Origin: Candidatus Eiseniibacteriota bacterium
GTDB taxonomy: Bacteria > Eisenbacteria > RBG-16-71-46
Direction of reading: 5' to 3'
DNA length: 64,000 nt
Assembly: GCA_963776245.1 (NCBI GenBank)
Contig: CAVZLN010000003.1
Span: 416,001-480,000, forward strand
The notes below the pieces were generated by a model, which was not told the origin of the DNA, searched no databases, and saw only the letters and a program-made list of their open reading frames with translations. Of the stretch, positions 57,757-64,000 are shown piece after piece. A program made the translations under genes and the position numbers. Position 1 is the stretch's first letter. Every line of letters starts with the position of its first letter.

Positions 57757-58521
57757 CTACGCGAGCCCGTGCGCCTCCAGCAGCGCCCGATCGCCGAGCA
57801 GCGCGGACGTCGCGCCGTCGGCCACCACGATTCCGCCGTCGAGGAGCACGGAACGAGGGCACAGGCGCTTCACGAACTCGAGGTCGTGGCTCGCGAGCAC
57901 CAGCGTCGCGCCGAGCCCGACGAGCAGCTCGGCGAGTTCCCGCCGGCCGCGCGGATCGAGGCCGCTCGAGGGCTCGTCGAGCAGCAGCAGCCCGGGCCGG
58001 CAGGCGAGCGCGCCCGCGAGGCACGCGCGGCGCTTCTCGCCCGCGGACAGATGGTGCGGGGCGCGCGGCTCGAACCCGGACAGGTCCACCGCCGCCAGCG
58101 CCTCGCGCACCGCGCGCTCGACCTCGGCCGCCGGCCAGCGTCGCGCGTGCGGCCCGTACCCGACATCCTCGCCGACCGTGAGTCCGAACAACTGATCGTC
58201 CGGGTCCTGGAACACGATGCCGACGCGGTCGCGGATGCGCCCGAGCGTCTTCGGCGACAGTTCGATGCCATCGAGCACGATGCGGCCCCGGACCTCGTGA
58301 TGGTGCGCGGCCCGGTGCGCGCCGTGCGCGTGGAGATAGCGATGGCGCTCGGGGAGCAGCCCGGCGAGATGGAGCAGCAGCGTGGACTTGCCCGCGCCGT
58401 TGGGCCCGAGCAGGGCGACGCGCTCGCCGGCCGCGACCGCGAGCTCGATCCCGCGCAGCGCGGGCGAGCCGTCGGGGTAGTGATAGGCGAGGCCGGCGAC
58501 GCCGAGCGCGACCGCGTTCAC
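57757..58521 (-). CDS. ECF Ni/Co transporter ATPase (NikO/CbiO) with a His-rich insert
   Basis: GPNGAGKST, VFQDPDDQLF, LSAGEKRR, LLDEP. Confidence 0.9.
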   Translation of the reverse strand: MNAVALGVAGLAYHYPDGSPALRGIELAVAAGERVALLGPNGAGKSTLLLHLAGLLPERHRYLHAHGAHRAAHHHEVRGRIVLDGIELSPKTLGRIRDRVGIVFQDPDDQLFGLTVGEDVGYGPHARRWPAAEVERAVREALAAVDLSGFEPRAPHHLSAGEKRRACLAGALACRPGLLLLDEPSSGLDPRGRRELAELLVGLGATLVLASHDLEFVKRLCPRSVLLDGGIVVADGATSALLGDRALLEAHGLA

Positions 58522-59156
58522 GGCTCGATCCCCCCGCGCGCGCGGCGCGCACGATCGAGCGCTTCGGCACGCTCGAGCGTCCTCAGCAGCAGGGCCGCGA
58601 CCAGCCGGCCGAACGCCCGTGCGGTCGCCAGCGGCTCGCGAGCGAGCGGCGCCCACGCGCCCGCACCCGGGCGGCGAGCCTCACGCGCGACGAGCATGGT
58701 GCGCACCTGACGGGTGGTCACCGCGATGCCGGCGATCGACTCGGCCAGCAGTTCGACCAGGCGCGCCGGCGCGCGCAGGGCGCGCAGTCCGGCGACCAGT
58801 CCGGCCGGCCCGAGCACCGTGGCGAGCGCCGCGCCCGCCGCGGCGGCAGCGAGGGCGCGCGTCCCGAGCGCGGCCGCCATCGCCGGCCCGCGGCCGCGCG
58901 GCGCGAACAGCGCCGCCGACAGCGCGAGCGTGAGCACCATGGGAAGCAGCCAGAGCAGACGCCGGAGCGCGCGTGCCGGAGCCACCCCCGCGACCGCGAA
59001 CCCGCCCAGCGCGAGCGCGAACACGGCCGCCCATACCGCCCACGATCCCGCGGGCACCGCGCGGCCGTCCACACCGGCGGGCGCGAGCGCCGCCGCCAGC
59101 ACCGCGGCGAGCCCGAGCGCGAGCACGCGCCCGGGTGAGCTAATCGTGCGCGGCAT
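58518..59156 (-). CDS. ECF transporter T component (NikQ/CbiQ)
   Basis: TM helices, AREAR and RRARG (ARG) motifs; lies between the M and O genes. Confidence 0.8.
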   Translation of the reverse strand: MPRTISSPGRVLALGLAAVLAAALAPAGVDGRAVPAGSWAVWAAVFALALGGFAVAGVAPARALRRLLWLLPMVLTLALSAALFAPRGRGPAMAAALGTRALAAAAAGAALATVLGPAGLVAGLRALRAPARLVELLAESIAGIAVTTRQVRTMLVAREARRPGAGAWAPLAREPLATARAFGRLVAALLLRTLERAEALDRARRARGGIEP

Positions 59157-60081
59157 CGCGACGGTCGGACAGGCCGCGGGTGCCGGCCCACGCCAGCGCC
59201 GCCACCACCAGCGTGCCGATCGCACCCGCCAGCAGGGGCGCCAGCCCGGCCCACCGTGCGGGCAGGCGCAGGAGCGGCTCGAGCAGCGGCGGCGCCAGCG
59301 GCCGCGCCTGCGCCGCGAAGCCGAGGTCGAGCGCGGTGCGCTCGAGGCCGTCGGGAAGCGAGGACGCCAGCGGCGCCAGGACCACGGCCACCGCGAGCGC
59401 CAGCGCCAGCCCGCCCAGCGCGAGCGCGCCGGTGTGGCGACGGCCCCCGTCCGCGAGGCCCGCGACGAGGTCGGGACGCCAGCGCATCACGGTCACCAGG
59501 ATGCCGCCGGTGAGGACGGCCTCGAGCACGCCGATGGCGAGATGCGAGAGGAGCATGAGCGGCAGGATGCCGCGCAGGGGATAGAGCCCCGAGCCCGCGA
59601 GCGCGAGCGCGGTGGCGAGCGCCGAGGCCACCGTCGCCACGAAGGCGCCCACCATGGCGCCGGCCACGCGTCCGCGCACGCCGCGGACCACGCGCGCACC
59701 GAACGCCGCGACCGTGAAGCCGACGAAGGAGCCCACCAGCCCCATGCTGAGGAGATTGAGCCCGTACGCAGTGAGCCCGCCGTCCTGGAACAGCAGCGCC
59801 TGGACGGCGAGCACGGTCGCGATCACGAGCAGCGCGCGCCACGGCCCGACCAGCACCGCGACCAGGGTGGCGCCCACCAGATGGCCGCTGGTGCCGGGGG
59901 CCACCGGGACGTTCACCATCTGCGCCGCGAACACGAAGGAGGCGAGCGCGCCCAGCGCGCCCGCCGGCACGCGCGCCCGGTCGCGCCGTTCGGCGCGCAG
60001 CGCCGCGGCGAGCGTCACCCCCGCGACCGCCCAGGTCGACGCGGCGACGGCGGGGCTCAGGAATCCATCGGGAACGTGCAT
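59140..60081 (-). CDS. ECF Ni/Co substrate-binding component NikMN fusion
   Basis: MHVPDGFL N-terminus, GTSGH, DGG, C-terminal PDGLE domain. Confidence 0.9.
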   Translation of the reverse strand: MHVPDGFLSPAVAASTWAVAGVTLAAALRAERRDRARVPAGALGALASFVFAAQMVNVPVAPGTSGHLVGATLVAVLVGPWRALLVIATVLAVQALLFQDGGLTAYGLNLLSMGLVGSFVGFTVAAFGARVVRGVRGRVAGAMVGAFVATVASALATALALAGSGLYPLRGILPLMLLSHLAIGVLEAVLTGGILVTVMRWRPDLVAGLADGGRRHTGALALGGLALALAVAVVLAPLASSLPDGLERTALDLGFAAQARPLAPPLLEPLLRLPARWAGLAPLLAGAIGTLVVAALAWAGTRGLSDRRDAAHD

Positions 60082-60270
60082 GTCGGCTCCGGGGTCACTG
60101 CGGCCTCAGCGTCGTCCGGCGGTCCGACCACGATCCGACCGCGGAGGTTCCAGGGTTCACGGCCGGGATTGGACCTGGTGGCGGGCAGACTACATGCGTG
60201 CACAGCGGCGAGGAAGGCGGTCCGCGGCGCCGGGCGCGGCCATCGGCCTCCGCGCGCGGCTTCGTCGCGG

Positions 60271-61338
60271 TCAGCAGATGCGCGGGAGCTGCTCCCCGCT
60301 CAGCATCTCGACCACCCGCTGGCCGCCGACGCGGCTGCGCATGAACACCCGGCCCGGGTGATCGGCGACCACCTCGCCGATGATCGCGGCGTCCCGTCCG
60401 AGCGGGTGCGCGCGCATCGCGGCGAGGGCCTGTTCCGCTCCGTCGCGCGCCACGATGGCGATCACTTTGCCCTCGTTCGCCACGTAGAGCGGGTCGAGGC
60501 CGAGGAGCTCGCATGCGCCGCGCACCTCTTCGTCGATCGGGAGCGCGGTCTCGTCGAGGAGTACCCCGACTCGCGCCGCCTGCGCGAGCTCGTTGAGTGC
60601 GCTCGAAACCCCGCCCCGGGTGGGATCGCGCAGCACGTGCACCCGGGGCCCGCACGCGGCGAGCACGCCGGCGACCAGCGTGTGGAGCGCCGCCGAGTCG
60701 CTCGCGATGGTGGTCTCGAACGCGAGCCCCTCGCGCACCGAGAGGATGGCGATGCCGTGCCGGGCGATGGGCCCGTTGACGAGCACGGCGTCGCCCGGCG
60801 CCGCGCGCGCCGGCAGGAGCGACACGCCCGGGGGCACCCGGCCGATCCCGGTGGTGTTGATGAACACCCCGTCACCCTTGCCGCGGTCGACCACCTTGGT
60901 GTCGCCGGTCACCACGCTCACGCCGGCCTCCCGGGCGGCGGCGGCCATCGAATCGACGATGCGCCACAGCTCGTCCATCGCGAGGCCCTCCTCCAGGATG
61001 AACCCGGCGGTCAGGGCCAATGGGCTGGCCCCGCACATGGCGAGATCGTTGAGCGTGCCGTGCACCGCGAGCGAGCCGATGTCGCCGCCCGGGAAGAACC
61101 GCGGGGTCACCACGAAGGAGTCGGTCGAGACCGCGATGCGCCCGGCCGGCACCTCGAGCACCGCGCCGTCGTGGCGCTCCTCGAGCGCCGGATTCGCGAA
61201 GGCGCGCAGGAACAGGCGCTCGATCAACATCTGGCTCAGGCGCCCGCCGCCGCCGTGGGCGAGCAGCACGTGCGGGTACTCGGCGATCGGGATGGGACAG
61301 CTGGCGCCCGGAAGTCCGGCCGCGGGGAGCTCGCTCAT
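60271..61338 (-). CDS. hypE: Hydrogenase maturation protein HypE
   Basis: [34 protein letters not shown]-terminal LPRIC. Confidence 0.96.
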   Translation of the reverse strand: MSELPAAGLPGASCPIPIAEYPHVLLAHGGGGRLSQMLIERLFLRAFANPALEERHDGAVLEVPAGRIAVSTDSFVVTPRFFPGGDIGSLAVHGTLNDLAMCGASPLALTAGFILEEGLAMDELWRIVDSMAAAAREAGVSVVTGDTKVVDRGKGDGVFINTTGIGRVPPGVSLLPARAAPGDAVLVNGPIARHGIAILSVREGLAFETTIASDSAALHTLVAGVLAACGPRVHVLRDPTRGGVSSALNELAQAARVGVLLDETALPIDEEVRGACELLGLDPLYVANEGKVIAIVARDGAEQALAAMRAHPLGRDAAIIGEVVADHPGRVFMRSRVGGQRVVEMLSGEQLPRIC

Positions 61339-62423
61339 CCGTTCCTCGTGTACTGGTGGTAGGCGGCGCACGCCCCCTCGCTCGACACCATCGGTGCCCC
61401 GAGCGGGCGTTCCGGCGTGCAGCGGGTTCCAAACGCCGCGCAGTCGGGGGGCTTCCGCTGCCCGATCAGGATGAGCCCGGCGATGCACTCGGGGGACTCG
61501 CGTGTCACCAGCCCGCCGATGTCGAAGCGCTTCTCGGCGTCCCAGCGCTCGAATCCGCCGCGCAGGCGGAAGCCGCTCCCCGGGATCACGCCGATCCCGC
61601 GCCACGCGCGGTCGCACACCTCGAACACCTCGCGCATCAGCGCCTGGGCCGGCCGGTTGCCGGCGCGCGTCACCGCGCGCGCGTACGGGTTCTCGACCCC
61701 GACCCGGCCCTCCTCGAGCGCGCACACCGCCCGATACACGCCCTGCACCAGGTCGAGCGGCTCGAATCCCGTGACCACGATGGGCACGCCGTGACGCGCC
61801 GCGATCGGTTCGTACTCCTCGTATCCCATCACCGCGCACACGTGCCCGGCGGCGAGGAAGCCCTGCACCCGGTTGTCGGGAGCGCCCAGCAGCGCCTCCA
61901 TCGCCGGGGGCACCCGCACGTGCGAGACCAGCACCGAGAAGTTGTCGAGCCCGAGCCGCTTCGCCTGCCACACCGCCATGGCGTTCGCGGGAGCGGTGGT
62001 CTCGAAGCCCACCGCGAAGAACACGACATGGCGGTCGGGGTGCTTCTGCGCCAGCTTCACCGCGTCGAGCGGCGAGTACACCATGCGCACGTCCCCGCCT
62101 TCCGCCTTCACGCTCAACAGGTCGGTGGTCGAGCCGGGCACGCGCAGCATGTCGCCGAACGACGTGAACACGACCTCGGGGCGGCGCGCGAGCGCGAGCG
62201 CGCGGTCGATCATCTCCAGCGGGGTGACGCAGACCGGGCAGCCGGGCCCATGCACCAGGGTGATCGATCCGGGCAGCATTTGGTCGATGCCGGTCCGGAT
62301 GAAGGTGTGGGTCTGGCCTCCGCAGATCTCCATCAAGGTCCACGGCCGCGTGACGCGCTCGTGGATGGCGCGCACGAACTTCCGCACGTCGGCTGCCTGG
62401 CGATACTCGTCGACGTACCTCAT
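61335..62423 (-). CDS. hypD: Hydrogenase maturation protein HypD
   Basis: [33 protein letters not shown]. Confidence 0.96.
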   Translation of the reverse strand: MRYVDEYRQAADVRKFVRAIHERVTRPWTLMEICGGQTHTFIRTGIDQMLPGSITLVHGPGCPVCVTPLEMIDRALALARRPEVVFTSFGDMLRVPGSTTDLLSVKAEGGDVRMVYSPLDAVKLAQKHPDRHVVFFAVGFETTAPANAMAVWQAKRLGLDNFSVLVSHVRVPPAMEALLGAPDNRVQGFLAAGHVCAVMGYEEYEPIAARHGVPIVVTGFEPLDLVQGVYRAVCALEEGRVGVENPYARAVTRAGNRPAQALMREVFEVCDRAWRGIGVIPGSGFRLRGGFERWDAEKRFDIGGLVTRESPECIAGLILIGQRKPPDCAAFGTRCTPERPLGAPMVSSEGACAAYHQYTRNG

Positions 62424-62451
62424 CGGGGCCGTCCGGGGACCGGGTGCTCGC

Positions 62452-62709
62452 CTAGTCCGGCTGGGGGATGTCGAGCTCGCCGAGCTCGCCCATCTCCTGA
62501 AGGGTGCGGAACACCTCCCGCGCCTCGTGCTCGCTCACCCGGCTGATCGCGAACCCGACGTGCACGATCACGAAGTCGCCGGTCCGGACCTCGGGGGTGT
62601 ACGCGAGGCACACCTCCTTCGTCACACCACCGAACGACACCGAGCCCATGGTCATACCGCCCGGGTCCTCGACGATCCTCAGCACCTGACCCGGCACGCC
62701 GAGGCACAT
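62452..62709 (-). CDS. hypC: Hydrogenase chaperone HypC
   Basis: [16 protein letters not shown]. Confidence 0.96.
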   Translation of the reverse strand: MCLGVPGQVLRIVEDPGGMTMGSVSFGGVTKEVCLAYTPEVRTGDFVIVHVGFAISRVSEHEAREVFRTLQEMGELGELDIPQPD

Positions 62710-62754
62710 GCGCGCTCCTCCCGGTTGACCGCGCCCGGAGGACGCGGCCCACCC

Positions 62755-63999
62755 TCATTCCGCCATCATCCGCGCGGCCGCGACGGCCGCCTGCCCGAGG
62801 CTCACTCCACCGTCGTTGGGCGGCACCTGCCGGTGCACCAGCACCTCGTGGCCCGCGCCCGCGAGCGCCCGCGCGGCCCCCTCGAGCAGCCGGCGGTTCT
62901 GGAAGCATCCCCCGCTCAGCACCACCCGGGTCACGTCCGTCGCGTGCGCGACCTCCGTCATCCCCTGGATCATCGCGCCGTGGACGCGGGCCGCCATGAT
63001 ACCTCGCGCGACGCCGCGCGCGAGATCGGCCAGGACGGCCGCGACCAGCGGGCGCCAGTCGAGGGTCCCGGGCCCGCCGGCCGCGCCGGGCACCCACGCC
63101 ATGGGATAGGCCCCGTGATCGCCGGGGTCGGCCGCGTGCTCGAGCGCGATCGCCGCCTGACCCTCGTAGGTGACGCGCGGATGGAGCCCGAGGAGCGCCG
63201 CGAGCCCGTCGAACAGCCGCCCGGCGCTGGTGGTGACCGGGGCATGGAGCCCGCGCGCCAGCATGCGTCCGAGCACCGCGCGCTCCCTCGGGCCGAACGA
63301 TGCGACCGGCGCGAGGTCGTCCCGCTCGAGCGCCGCGTCGCCGAGGTGCTCCCAGAGCAGCGCGAGTGCGGTGCGACGCGGCTCGCGCACGGCCGCCTCT
63401 CCGCCCGGCAGACGGAAGGGCGCGAGGTGCGCGACGCGCGTGAAGCCCGCCGCGTCGCCGTGCAGGAACTCGCCGCCCCAGATCACGCCGTCCAGGCCGT
63501 AGCCGGTGCCGTCCCAGACGATCCCGAGCGCGGGCCCATCCGCGCCGTGCTCGGCGAGGCACGACGCGAGGTGCGCGTGGTGGTGCTGCACGCCGACCCG
63601 CCGCGCGTCCGCCCACCGCGCGCCCGCCTCACAGGCCCAGCGCGTGCTGGCGTAGTCCGGGTGCAGATCGTGGGCGATCGCCACCGGACGCGCCCCGTAG
63701 ATCGCCAGGAAGTCGGCGATCACGCGTTCGAACGCCGCCTCGGCCTCGGGCGTCTCGAGGTCGCCGATGTGCTGGCTGACGAACACCTGCCGTCCGAGCG
63801 CCAGCGCCACGGTGTTCTTCAGCTGCGCGCCGACCGCGAGCACCGTCGGCCACTCCCGCGCCACGCGCACCGGCAGCGGCGCGAACCCGCGCGCCCGACG
63901 CAGCAGCCGGAACCCGCCGCACGCCATCCAGCCCACGCTGTCGTCCACGTGGCGCTCGATCGGACGATCGTGCACCAGGAACGACTCGGCGACGTGGCC
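62755..63999 (-). CDS. hypF: Carbamoyltransferase HypF (5'-partial, runs off the window)
   Basis: RRARGFAP, SQHIGDL, HDLHPDY, QHHHAH, DGTGYG, PPNDGGVSLGQ. Confidence 0.95.
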   Translation of the reverse strand, partial: GHVAESFLVHDRPIERHVDDSVGWMACGGFRLLRRARGFAPLPVRVAREWPTVLAVGAQLKNTVALALGRQVFVSQHIGDLETPEAEAAFERVIADFLAIYGARPVAIAHDLHPDYASTRWACEAGARWADARRVGVQHHHAHLASCLAEHGADGPALGIVWDGTGYGLDGVIWGGEFLHGDAAGFTRVAHLAPFRLPGGEAAVREPRRTALALLWEHLGDAALERDDLAPVASFGPRERAVLGRMLARGLHAPVTTSAGRLFDGLAALLGLHPRVTYEGQAAIALEHAADPGDHGAYPMAWVPGAAGGPGTLDWRPLVAAVLADLARGVARGIMAARVHGAMIQGMTEVAHATDVTRVVLSGGCFQNRRLLEGAARALAGAGHEVLVHRQVPPNDGGVSLGQAAVAAARMMAE

Positions 64000-64000
64000 G

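Noticed and set aside
60082..60270. Possible NiCo or cobalamin riboswitch before nikMN
   Set aside because: No consensus elements recognised; only a possible -10 TAGTCT.

Overview
Very GC-rich chromosomal window from a diderm bacterium. The TonB-dependent receptor, a secreted protein with a C-terminal FlgD-Ig-like domain, and a Fibrobacter-type LexA box suggest an FCB-related lineage such as Ca. Eisenbacteria (inference only). It is mostly core genome: lexA, ribA, the origin-proximal cluster rpmH-rnpA-yidD-yidC-khpB(jag)-mnmE-mnmG-rsmG-parA-parB-bactofilin with two parS sites (dnaA is not next to rpmH), a HEAT-repeat/HD-GYP pair facing a GAF histidine kinase, queE-queC-queD, a transglycosylase, dtxR-feoA-feoB, fhs, argR-argCBDG-argH/argA fusion, and a [NiFe]-hydrogenase maturation and nickel-uptake region (hypF partial, hypCDE, nikMN-Q-O, protease-like, hypAB). 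I saw no CRISPR array, tRNA, rRNA, prophage or intact IS. The best candidates for something undescribed are: (1) a lone IS200/IS605 TnpA homologue lacking the catalytic Tyr, directly behind lexA and preceded by a second copy of the putative LexA box, so possibly a domesticated SOS-regulated HUH protein; (2) a ~320-nt multi-hairpin intergenic RNA candidate at 25.3-25.65 kb; (3) a DtxR regulator with a C-terminal Cys cluster; and (4) long Arg-rich disordered segments on RsmG and KhpB. All family assignments come from recognising motifs by eye; no searches were run.
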